NCBI GenBank assembly: GCA_050084515.1
Contig: CM114271.1
Location: 48,298,001-48,362,000 of the forward strand
Reading direction: 5' to 3'
Origin: Blasia pusilla
Taxonomy: Eukaryota
Length of the DNA: 64,000 bases
The number at the start of each line of letters is the position of its first letter. The stretch's first letter is position 1. A program made the position numbers and the translations under genes. The notes below the pieces were generated by a model. The model was not told the DNA's origin and made no database searches. It saw only the letters and a list, made by a program, of their open reading frames with translations. Of the stretch, positions 1 through 11,691 are shown piece by piece.

Positions 1-51
1 TTTTTTTAATTTAATTATTTTGACTTGATTTTTATTAATATTTTTTTTCTC

Positions 52-3000
52 AGTCTTCCACTTCCGTCTAACCCTCGAGGATTACATGTTATGCTTCAAG
101 TTGCACGAGCACAAGGCCAGAGAATAAGGCACAATCATTTGGCCCAAACGAATGTTTATCAATTGTCTGTGAATCTTCTTCCTAAAGAGGAAGTCGAGGC
201 TATGACTACGAATGACTTTCATACTCAAGCTAATACAAGGTATGCTTTACATACTTTTATTATTGATGCTTCCTACTTGGTCTTAAATTTTTATGAATTA
301 TTTTTAATGACAAATTTTTTTGCAGGCCAATTATGGTACATCATGAAGTTGAAGCTATTCCAAACTCTAGGATTGTGGTCTTACCATCTCCAATGTATAT
401 TTCTAAACTATATACTCAAATTTAATATAGATATATTTGTATGTATATTTATTCTTATTATAATCATATATATTAATTTAACCTCTGCTTGCAGTCTTCC
501 AGTTCCTACCAATCCTCTACGATTATCTCACATGCTTCAAGTTGCTCGAGCTGAGGGCCAAAGAAGAAGACATGCTCATTTGGATGAAGTATATGAGATT
601 GCACATGTTGGCAATTTGTTGATAAGGAATGATGCCAATGGATCTGATCGTGAAGGCCACATGGAAGTGAATGAAGACAATGTACATGCCTCGATTCCAA
701 ATGTGGGATCTAGAAGGGTTGTGAACTTGAAAAAGTTGTTCAATATTGCACGTATTCCTAACTTTGAAGAGAATCACATTCGAATTCTTAGGTTGGGAGA
801 TCGTATTGATAATATGACTTGCCGTTTTAGTGTTGGACTTATGAATGTTATTTGTCCGACTTGCAATGCTCTACATTGAAAGTGTGAGAGAGTGAAGTAT
901 ACTAGGTTTATAGGCTCGCCTTTTAGTATGTGTTGTGGGCATGGTAAGATTCAATTACCATATTTGATAGCTTCACCTTCTATACAAGCAGAATTACTTT
1001 CTAGTATGAGTTCAAATAGTCTTCATTTTTTGCGTAATGCACGTGCCTATAATAGTGCTCTTCAATTGGCATCTACTGGGGCACATGTGACAGAGCAACG
1101 AGGCGGTACAAGAAACTTCAGGATTCAAGGTGGTGTATATCATTCTATTTGACCTCTTCATGCTGAAAGTGGTGCTCCTCCACAATTCATGCAAATTTAT
1201 ATTCATGATGATAAGCATCAGATGGAACATAGAATAAGGATTATGAGTGGAGATTATCGGTATCAATTGAGGCCAGAGATCTTAAGGGGATTACAAGATA
1301 TGTTACATGCCCATAATCCATATGTGGCTTTATTTTGAAATGTGGCTATTGATCCATGTAATTCTGACTTTCATATTGTTCTTAAGGGTAGTAAGCGAGG
1401 TCTCGATGCAAAACGATACACCTTGCCTGTTGCTTCAGAGATTGCAGCTATCTTGACCGGAGATGGGAGTGAGCCAGTAGAAGGATGTGATATTATTGTT
1501 CGCTTACATGGAGGAGGGATTCATCGTTTGTCAGACTTGAATGAAGCATATATCCCATTGCACTTTGTTTTGCCTTTTGTTTATGGTGAAGCAGGTTGGC
1601 ATCCTGGGATACCTTTGCAAGTGCAACATGATCATAGAGATGATCTGCCGTTAAGAGGGGATGCTATGATGGACGAAGATAGAGATGATATTGTACAAGG
1701 AGGAATTCAAGGTGAGGTTACCACTCATGAGGCGAGTTCAAAGACCATTATAGCTTTACAATTTGCTTCATTCAGACTTCAAATGCGAGCTAACGCTATG
1801 GATAATAATCGGTTGTTGAGGTTTGGTCGTCTTACTCAAGAATATATGATGGATATGTATGCGACTATCGAAATGCAACGGCTAACTTGAATACGATTGC
1901 ATCAAAAAGAGTTGAGAGTTGATTTATACCAAGGTGTCAGAGATGCCATGACTCGGCATGATGTGAACGGTCAAGGCATAGGGAGACATATTATCTTACC
2001 TTTGTCTTTCATAGGAGGACCCCGTCACATGCATCAATTGTAACATGATGCTATGGCCATTGTGAGACATTTTGGGAAGCCAGACTACTTTTTGATTATG
2101 ACTTGCAATCTTGAATAGCCAGAGATTACTTATGCTCTGCTTCATGGGCAATCAACGTCTGATCATCCTAACCTGGTTGTACGTGTTTTCCAACAAAAGA
2201 AGAAGGAGTTGTTGAGACTTATATTTGATAAGCATATTTTGGTTCGAATGGTAGGATGCATTCATGTGGTCGAGTTCCAAAAGAGAGGGCTACCACATGT
2301 GCATATCCTAATTATTCTTGCTTCTGAGGATAAGCCAAGGACAACCTCTGATTTTGACGATATTATATCTGTTGAGATTCCGAATCCCATGACTCATCCT
2401 AGGCTACATTCTACTGTAAGAAATTGTATGATTCATGGTCCGTGTGGAGTAGCACATCCAACTGCACCTTGCACGGATAAAACGACAAAAAAATGTTCCA
2501 AAGGATACTCAATGCCCTTTGCATCAATGACAATTGAGAATGAGGATGGATATCCTATTTATAAGAGGTAATTAATTGGTTTTGTTATTTATTTCGTCAT
2601 TTAATGTTCTTCTATTAGTGTGCTATCTATTTTCCCCAACTATTAACATACTTCTATATGTGTATATGCAGGCGTGATAATGGCAGATTGATTAATAAGT
2701 CAAATCATGACTTTGATAATCGTTGGGTGGTTCCATACAATCCAATGTTATATACTTTATTTGATTGTCATATCAATCTAGAGATAACAAATAGCATCTT
2801 GGCAGTAAAGTACTTTTATAAGTATGTGTACAAAGTATCTGATGCCACATCATATACCTTGGCAAATACTACATCAGGAGAGGATACTATTGATGAGACA
2901 TCATTATATCTTGATGCAAGGTATTTCGATCCCTTCTATCTTTCAAGATCTCCCAATTTTTCCTATGACATTATGTGGGACTCTAACAATATTTATATTG

Positions 3001-4007
3001 TATGGTATGAAGGTACGATTCTTCTTCAGAAGCATGTTGGTGAATCTTCAAGTTCATCTTATATTTATTTGCAGGATATGCACGAGAAGAGCAAGAAGCG
3101 TTTGCAACGTGGTTATTAGAGGTAGGAGAGGGTCGTGTATCGTTACATTTGGACTTTGGAGGAGATTTTATACAAGTTCTGGATGCGATAATTGTTAAAA
3201 CCACAAGGATCACTGATCTCATTGACATTGTTTATGAACACGATGTTCATAAGTGGAGTGACATTGATTTCTTGAGCGATACATCCATTTTGTCAACCAA
3301 GAATACTACTGTGGATATTATAAACGCGGAAATCATGTCTCGATTTCCAAGAGAGGTAATATTTATATTCTTGAATATCATTATTATATTTTGATTGTTG
3401 TATTGCTACATTTTTCTATCATCTCTCTTATTATTAATGATTTATTTTGTTTTTTCATAACCATACTTTCTTGAGTGTTGATTCTGTTTCCGACGATGAG
3501 ATGAGACTTGTTTATCCAACATAATTTTTGAATACATGCTTACCATCTGGATTGCCACCTCATTGTTTGACTTTGAAGATTGAAGCTCCGATAATGCTAT
3601 TACGGAATATGAATGGAGCAAAGGGACAAGCAAACGGGACTCGGCTGGTGATAGCTAGCTTTAGTCGACATCTTATAGATGCAAAAATTATCATGGGAAA
3701 AAAAATTGGAGCTCGAGTTTTCATTCCATTGATTGCTTCTGATTCCGTCCTACCTTTTGATTTACGACGATTTCAATTTCCTATCCGTCCTGCTTTTGCA
3801 ATGACTATTAATAAGTCTCAAGGTCAAACCTTAGATGGAGTTGGTATTTACTTGCCCAATCAAGTATTTTCTCATGGGCAATTGTATGTTGCCTTGTCAA
3901 GAGTAGGCTCGAGGAATTCTATTCATATTATGACAGATAATGAAAATGCTACTAACAAAATAGATGTTTACACTATGAATGTTGTATATAATGAAGTGCT
4001 AAATTAA
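52..4007 (+). pseudogene. Helitron RepHel (Rep HUH nuclease + PIF1 helicase), intron-containing, with stops and an internal deletion
   Basis: Zn-finger-like CPTCNALH...CCGHGK, RAYNSALQLAS, GGPRHM and FATWLLEVGEG (from 3077) motifs; several in-frame stops; GT-AG introns such as 2920-3074; Walker A region of the helicase not found. Confidence 0.9.
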
Positions 4008-4138
4008 ATTAAAGTAACATTATATGTGTGAAGTTTTATATTGGTATGAATTTTCTAAATTTTGTAATGCTTCACTTATTGATATTTACTTATTGGTATG
4101 GATGGTATGATTAATTTTGTATATGCTAAATTTTGATG

Positions 4139-4167
4139 CCAGTGCATCGCACGGGAATTCTTACTAG
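4139..4167 (+). other. Helitron 3' terminal hairpin + CTAG
   Basis: ccagtgcatcgcacggg stem-loop about 9 nt upstream of CTAG|T. Confidence 0.9.
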
Positions 4168-4673
4168 TAATATCTTAGGAAAACAAGTATGCGGCCCTTG
4201 GCTACAGTGCAGTATAGGGTGATTGTGGAGACTTGTTGGAGGGCAATGTGTAAAATTAGTCTACTATTTTTGAAGTTGAGCTGCGTTGATCTGTGAGAAA
4301 AGCAGTCACGTATGGGAACCCACTTAGTGATAATGGTGGTAATTTGAATGCGTAGGAAGGTATTGGTCAGCCATGTGATCCGTGTATAGTAAGGAAATGC
4401 GTTGACACGGACTAGATATTACATTGTAGCAATATGATACGAAGGACACCTAGTTAGTGATTCATTCAAGTTGGTTGTAGTTTGAAGTGTTGTATGCTAA
4501 AAGTGGGAAATATATGGTTTTAGATGAAGCAAAAGGTTTGATAATAGAGCTAGATAATAAGTGGGAGTTTGCTTAGTAGTAGGCATATGAAGAGTATTGC
4601 GTAGTGCTGGAAAAATTGCACGACTGGACATGAGAGAGAATCCTTAGCTTAGCTGCATGTATAGTGAAAAAAA

Positions 4674-4984
4674 TGTGGAAAACTGCTAAAGAAGCAAAAT
4701 TGGTGGAAAACCGCTCTCACACTCACACACCACCACGGAGAACGAAATTTGCAATGAGAGAATGAGTGGAGGCTGGTCCCCTTCTCAATTATTTAGGTAT
4801 GTACAAGCAACCATAATCCTAACTTTAACCATAGTCTCGAGTTAGACTAACTATGATTAACTAACCTTAGTTAAGATAATCGTGCTTAACTAACTAACCA
4901 AGATTAAGCTTCCCTATTTCGTGTAAGTACCAAATATAGCACTTCAAGTGTCTTATGAGCTTGAATATAGCTCAATCTTCAATA
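4674..4984 (-). repeat. 3' LTR of copia copy 1 (element sense TATTG...TCCACA)
   Basis: Direct repeat of 9460-9771; adjacent to the PPT (AGCTTGAGGGGGAG on the minus strand). Confidence 0.93.
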
Positions 4985-4989
4985 CTCCC

Positions 4990-7900
4990 CCTCAAGCTCA
5001 TATCGATATCTCTAACGCCTAAATCATTTCTAAACATCTCAAACTTATCTCTAGAGAATGCTTTTGTAAAGATGTTTGCAATTTACCTATGTACACATAA
5101 TCAATTTCTGCTGCAAGCACTTTCTCTCTGATAAAATGATAGTGCATCTCAACCTGCTCTGTACGAGCATAAAACACAAGGTTATTAGCAAGCTTGATGC
5201 TACTAATATTGTCTTCATATATTACACAAGGTCCTAAGTTACTAACACCAATCTCAACAAGTAATCGATGAAGCCACACCGCCTCATATGCTACATTGGT
5301 TGGTCCTAGAGCTGTTGAAGATAAAAACACAAGGTTACTTTTTTGAAGCCCAACTTATAATTGTGCTTCCCAAAGTAAATGAATAACCAAATGTGGAGTT
5401 TCGATCAGACACGCTTCTTACCCAATCAGCATCTGTGAATCCCTACAATTGAAAACTCAGAGAAGGTTCAAATTGAATTGAATAGAAAACCGCATAATTA
5501 TGACTGAAGTTTTGAGGTGCTTGCATAAAATGCTCACTAGGCCAACATCATAGCTAATCTGGCATGGTTAGGTTAGATAGATCAAACTTCCAACCATGGA
5601 AGTACATATTAGAATCACCAAGCAACTCTCCTTCATCCACTCTTAGCTTCATACTCTAATCCAACGGTGTTTCTCATACCATATTTTGAAAGCATATGAA
5701 AGAATATTGTCCTAGTAACCACATGCTCTCTCAACCTTGATAAACTCAATATCAAGGATTACTTGAGTTCTCCCAAGTCCTTCATATGAAATTGCTTGTA
5801 ATAAGCTTGACTTGTTGTACAATTTCTTGATACTCGATCGATTGTGGACATACAAAACAATGAGAACCGTATGATCTTTTCCTCTCAAGATATATAATGA
5901 GGAGTGAGAATCACATACCCTAAAACCCAATTCTAGAAAATGTATGTTATCTTGCCAAACCAAGCTCTTGGAGCTTGTTTGTAGAATAGAACTTTCTTCA
6001 ACTTTGCTGAACTAGAAACTTGGGATGCTCGTAATCATGTGGTTGAGTCATATATACCTCCTTGTTACATTCCCATTCAAGGCATTCTTAGCGTCCATGT
6101 GATTACTTAACTACTACCAATCTCAGCCATATATTAGAGGCCTAAATGTTTCCTCATAATTGATGCCATATTGTTGTGCATAGCCCTTAGCCACCAATCT
6201 TGCTTTGTCTTTGTTAATTATACCATCTTGATTTTGTAAACCCATTTGCAACCAATAGTTTCCTTATCGGAAGATATATTAATCACCTCCAATGTCTCAT
6301 TGATGTCTTAATGGCTCTTCCTCCATAGCTTCAATCCATTCCACTTTACTTGCACTTCTTCAAAACAACTGGCTCCTATTCTTGAAGGATAGTCATCATA
6401 CATCATGAAGCAAGGAAACCTTCATTTATGACTCTATGACTGGATGTGTAACTCTACTTGATCTCTGAAGTTGTTGTTGGAGGTAGATACCTCTAACAGC
6501 TTAGACTATGGAATACATAGTCCATGGACTTTGAAATTAATTAATGAATCTAGGATCTCTTTAATTTAGTTCTTGGGGAAGTTCGGTTGGTTTACAATCA
6601 TATTCTCCCCCTCAACAGACGAGTTTAGAGGTAGAATAGGCTCAGATGGAGCATACCATGACTTTGGCTCATCAAAGATAACATCCCGACTAATAATAAG
6701 CAGCCTAGAGGATGGAATGTAGCACGTATATCCCTTAATTCCATCAGTATAGCCAATTAAGATACATCTTTCCGACTTGGGGACTAATTTCTGACGTCTC
6801 TCAGATGGAACATGAGCATAAAAAATATAGCCTAATACTTTCAAGAAGGAAAAATCAGGTTTATTTCTTGTGAAGACTTTGAATGGAGTTTTATAATGAA
6901 CTTTTTTTGTTGGAGTTCGGTTGATTAAGAAGACCGCACATGCTACAGCCTCTATCCAATATACCTTAGGCATGTTCTTCTCATTCAGCATAGCTCGTGC
7001 CGCCTTAGCAATATATCGATTCTTCCTCTTAGCCACTTCATTTTATTGTAGAGTGTAACAGCAAGTCACTTGACGTTGGATGTCATTCGGACGTAGATAG
7101 TCATCAAACTCTATTGAAAGATACTCTCCTCCTCCATCACAACGCAATTTCACAATGTGTTCTCCAGTTTGCTTCTCTACTCGAACTCTGAATGTTTGGA
7201 ACATTAAAAATACCTCTAACTTGGCTTTCATAAAGTATATCCATGTACACTTAGAGAAGTCATCAATAAATGAAACAAAGTACTGGAAATCACTAAGGCT
7301 ATGTTGTGATGTTGTCCACACGTCACTGTGGATCAACTCCAATATCCTAGATGCTCTTCTACCTTGCTTTGGAAAAGGAAATCTAGCTTGTTTTCCAAAT
7401 GGGCAAGCAAGACATACCTCTAACATAGGAGGACTTGCTAATTTATGGAGTCTTATTACTATATTATATGATGAAAGACTTTGTAATCTTTGAAGATTCA
7501 TATGTCCAATTCTTTTATGCCGCTCATTTAGATGTGTGACTTATTGGCTGGTTTGACCATAGATTGCTATTTGAATCTCCGGCATAATAACATCTAATTT
7601 GAACATTCTGCCAGATCTAGTTCGTTTGGCTATCGTAGTTTGATCATCCACTATTTCAATGAAAGAACCATTTGCGCTAAACTTCACTTGATAATCCTAT
7701 TCTACTATTTGTCCTACAAAGATTAGGTTTCTTGCAATGGTAGGAACATAGAGAACATTTCCAAGAGCACAATGACCATCTGATGTTATTGGAACTTTAC
7801 CGATATGCGTGATATAATGTTGAGTGTCATCTCCCCTAAGCACAATTGTAGGAGTTTTCACCGACTCCAAACTACTGAACCATTTAGCTTGTGAGGTCAT

Positions 7901-8947
7901 GTGATTTGATGCACCTGAGTCAATGTACCAATCTACTGTCGAGTCTTTCTTGACCATTGCTCACATATGATGAGTCATGACCAAGAGATGCTTGGTTTGT
8001 GAATGTTATTGTTCTTGGTACTGCTCTTGGTGTTAATGCTCCACATAGTTTTGTTGCCGTAAGGCTCATGTTCCCATATCTTCCTCCTTCTTGAAGAAAA
8101 ACTTTGCATAATGACCCTTTATCCCACAATAATTGCAAGATCCACGGACCCTCTACTGCTGACCTCGACCCCAAAAATTTCCTCCATCACCACCTTGTGA
8201 TTGTATCTGGTATTGGTTCTTAGTTGATTGAGTGACGTTATCTTGAGTGCCACTTTCTCCATATGCTTGATATCCACCACGACCACATAAGCTTCTACCA
8301 CGACCCCTGCCTCTATCTGATCCATAACATGCAAAAAGCGCACTCTCTTGTAGACTAGACGAGCTACCGCTGCCTACTAGGTGCATCTCTTCACTGATTA
8401 ATAGTGGGACTAACTCTTGAAAAGTTGCATACTTCTCTCTTACCGAGATAAAGGTCTCAAACGACTTGTAATCCTTTGGAAGGCCTTGAAGAGTGAACAA
8501 AATGAGATCGTCATCTTCTATTGTCACTCCAATGCTATTCAACTGATCAACAATATGTCTGATACTCAAAATATAATCATTGATGCTCTACAATCCTTTC
8601 CTCACTTTGTTCAATTTTTGTTTCAATTGAAGCTTTCTGGCCTTTCCACATGTTAGGAACATCTTTTCCAATGCATTCCAAGACTCCTTCGGAGTATCAA
8701 CATCTTGAATGTGACGTATCATTGGCGAACTGATCGTTATTGAAATGTAATGGATTACTTGCCTTGCGCGTTTGTTCCAAGCGCAAACATTCAAGTCTGT
8801 TGAGTCACCTTCTATCTTGGCCTCATCATCTATGACAAGCTTCCATAGTTCTTGACCCATGAGAAATTTTTTCATGCGAAACTTCTAGACATTGTAATTC
8901 TACTTATCTAGCTTCTCGCGTGTGATTGTTGTTGAGGAATACTCCAT
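4990..8947 (-). pseudogene. copia gag-pol pseudogene (copy 1)
   Basis: Fragmented ORFs 8588-8875, 8153-8569, 7697-7957, 7043-7501, 6566-7036, 5712-5963 and 5019-5330 carrying copia motifs; many stops and frameshifts. Confidence 0.92.
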
Positions 8948-9447
8948 TACGAACGATTTAACTTACAAAAAATATATTTTTATGCTCTCTACTACTCCAA
9001 TTGAAGCATAGACCACTCCTACATAAAAATCGACCTAAAATTTTCCAAAATTGATCAACTATATGAAAGAACTAGTCAAAATTGGCATGTAGAGAGCAAA
9101 CTACACAACTTTTCTTCACTAATTGCACTTTCCTACATTGAAATTGCTACTGCATGAGCTTAGAATGTTAGAATCGAGTGATTTTGGATGCATTGGAAAG
9201 CTTTAGACAAGGTCTACGAGATGGTTAGAACCAGCATTTAGAATCTTTCTAGCCGTTGCGGACCTAGAAGGCTAAATCGATCGGGAAAGCCCTCAAAACT
9301 CCCTCCAAAGTTTTATCACCGTCAAAGCTCCACGTATAATCTACACCCACTGACCTCTGAACTTCCTTCTCCCAAAATGAAGTTGTGCCTTCTCTTGCCT
9401 CTCTTCTCTCCTTGAACACCAAGAATTTCAAGTGATTTTCTCCTATC

Positions 9448-9459
9448 GCTCTAATACCA
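9448..9459 (-). promoter_or_regulatory. Primer binding site, tRNA-iMet type
   Basis: TGGTATTAGAGC, one mismatch from the canonical TGGTATCAGAGC, abutting the LTR end. Confidence 0.85.
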
Positions 9460-9771
9460 TGTGGAAAACTGCTAAAGAAGCATAACTGGTGGGAAACGGC
9501 TCTCACACTCACACACCACGATGAAGAACAAAATTTGCAATGAGAGAAGGAGTGGAGGTTGGTCCCCTTCTCAATTATACATGATATGTACAAGCAACCC
9601 TAACCCTAACCTTAACCACTATCTCGAGTTAAACTAACTATGATTAACAAATCCTAATTAAGATAATTACGCTTAAGTGACTAACCAAGATTTAGCTTTC
9701 CTACTTCATGTGAGTACCAAATGTAGTAGTTCAAGTATCTCGTGAGCTTGACTATAACTCAATCTTGAATA
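9460..9771 (-). repeat. 5' LTR of copia copy 1
   Basis: Direct repeat of 4674-4984; immediately followed on the minus strand by the PBS TGGTATTAGAGC. Confidence 0.93.
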
Positions 9772-10370
9772 TTTCCAACACTGCTTGTTTGAAAGCATCT
9801 TGCTGTGCTATGTTGAATGGTATTCCACATTCGTAGAAATGCTTCGTCCACATGTTATTTGAAACTTCTATTTCTTGGATGTTGAAAGAATCCCTTTGAT
9901 CGGCTTGCTTCTTCCCAGAACTACTTCTCCCTCGAATGTGCCAAAAAAGTCCTTTGTATTCCTTGAGACTGTCACTCGGTGGCATGTCAGCAATCCCATC
10001 AACACTTTGAACAACATAAATACTATTTCCTATCTGTTGGGAACCTATTTGTAATGGAGTCGTCTCTTTCACTTCGCTCGAGATCTCGCTTCCCTTCTTT
10101 GTCCATTTCCCACTAGTACCTTGTTTTAGAGATCCCGTTGCACATTGGGAGGGACCTTCACAGATAATTTGGCATGATGGATATCATGATTCCCATCCTT
10201 TGTCTTTCGTCTCGCTCGTGTTAAATGCTCCACCATTCGCGTGCTATGATAGGTTTTCATAGAATAGGAACAATACTTGCACTACCAAGTGTTTGATGTT
10301 TCACCTTCCATTTGTACTTCTTCCCAATGTTCCTTCACGATCTGTTGGAGTTATCTAGCTTGGTCATGAC
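9772..10370 (-). mobile_element. hAT-superfamily transposase N-terminal remnant (BED finger + DUF659-like start)
   Basis: Minus-strand translation KEHWEEV...W*CKYCSYS...TRMVEHL (BED-like) and WTKHFYECGIPFNIAQQDAFKQAV; cut off by the copia 5' LTR. Confidence 0.75.
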
Positions 10371-10643
10371 TACAGGTAGACACTAACCCCACCCAATAAT
10401 ATTTGGATAATTCTCAAAAATTTACCATATCAATAGTAGGATATATCGACCAGTAAAATATATGCAAATTACACCAAATATTGTCAGTGAATGCTCCAAT
10501 AACAAAACTTGGAACACTCACTATGAACAAGAAAGATCAATATGCTAACCTACATAACCGAGATACCTTAACTTATCAGGGTTATCCAATGGCAAAACAT
10601 ATTCTTACATATCAAGTTCAACTATCTATGGAAAAAAAACCTT

Positions 10644-10648
<5 letters not shown>

Positions 10649-10723
<75 letters not shown>
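10649..10723. repeat. (AG)n microsatellite
   Basis: Perfect dinucleotide run. Confidence 0.99.
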
Positions 10724-10726
<3 letters not shown>

Positions 10727-11004
10727 AGGGAGGAATGAGATTGTGAGGATATACAAAAAATGATCAAGTTTATATAGGGGAGGATGGAAGGAAGAGAGTG
10801 AACCCTTCTAACTCCCCAAATCATCTATCCCCATTTATAATTGATTACTAAACCATCTCCACTAATTTTCATTTAACAAACTTGCTTTTATTCTCTTATT
10901 AGTCCAGCTCATCAGAAATTTTTTAGGAAGAATTCTCCTTTTAGTCAAGCTCATAAAAAATTCGAACTACTAGATTTGGTACTCTCACAAAGTAGGAAAT
11001 AGAA

Positions 11005-11691
11005 GATTTCACGTGGAGTTGTGACGGTGATAAAACTTTGGAGGCATTTTTTAGGGCTTTCCTGGTCAATTTAGAATCTAGGTTTGCATTGGTTAGAAAA
11101 AGGCTTGTTCTGACCGCCTTGTAGAGCTCGTTGAGAGCTTTCCATGGCATCCAAAATTGCTCAATTTTGACATTCTAAGCTCCTACATCAACAAATTCAC
11201 TGTAGAAAAGTGCAATTAATGAAGGAAAGTTATGAAGTTTGCTCTCTACATGCCAGTATTGACAAGTTCTTCCATACAATTTCAAGTCAATTTCTATTTA
11301 TGAGTGGTCTATGCTTGAATTGGAGCAATGCTAAGCTTGAAATTACATTTTTTTGAGTAAAATCCTTCTTCATGGACTATTCCTCAACAACAATTAGAGG
11401 CGAGACGCTACACAAGCATAATTATAATATCTTGAAGTTTCGAATGAAACAATTTCTCACGGGTGAAGAACTATGGGAGCTTGTTATAAGTAATCAGGCC
11501 AAGCCAAAAGGTGACTCAACCGACTTGAATATTTGTGCTTGGAACAAACGCGTAAGGCAAGTAATCCACTACATTTCATTAACAATCAATTCGCTAATGA
11601 TATATCACATTCAAGATATTGATACTCCAAAGGAGACTTGGGAGATATGGAAAGTTATTCCAGACATCTAAAAAAGCCAGAAAGCTTCAAT
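11005..11691 (+). mobile_element. Ty1/copia copy 2, 5' part (leader + gag start; LTR absent)
   Basis: Leader matches the reverse complement of about 8950-9340; ORF 11372-11671 MDYSSTTIRGE...KFRMKQFL matches copy 1 gag; interrupted by the CACTA at 11692. Confidence 0.9.

Larger units (their letters stand above)
1..4167 (+). mobile_element. Helitron (autonomous-type, decayed); 5' end lies outside the window, 3' end intact
   Basis: Rep motifs VVEFQKRGLPHVHILI (ORF 2209-2571) and KYFYKYVYK (ORF 2658-3119); PIF1 helicase C-terminus QFPIRPAFAMTINKSQGQTL...VFSHGQLYVALSRV (ORF 3528-4007); terminal hairpin cc(a)gtgc-atc-gcacggg at 4139-4155, then CTAG at 4164-4167 followed by T. Confidence 0.95.
4674..9771 (-). 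mobile_element. Ty1/copia LTR retrotransposon copy 1 (both LTRs present, coding region decayed, no TSD)
   Basis: Order gag (KLQLKQKL, CNYCGIKGHYAKF) - protease (WYIDSGASNHMT) - integrase (LELIHSDVW, LRCDGGGEY) - RT - RNase H (IYEDNISSI, HYHFIREKV); LTRs at 4674-4984 and 9460-9771; PBS at 9448-9459; PPT at 4985-4998. Confidence 0.95.

Noticed and set aside
25..879. 284-aa ORF as a membrane protein
   Set aside because: The hydrophobic stretches are AT-rich introns read through within the Helitron gene.
7155..7493. Conserved plus-strand ORF repeated at 60641-60895
   Set aside because: Antisense shadow of copia integrase.
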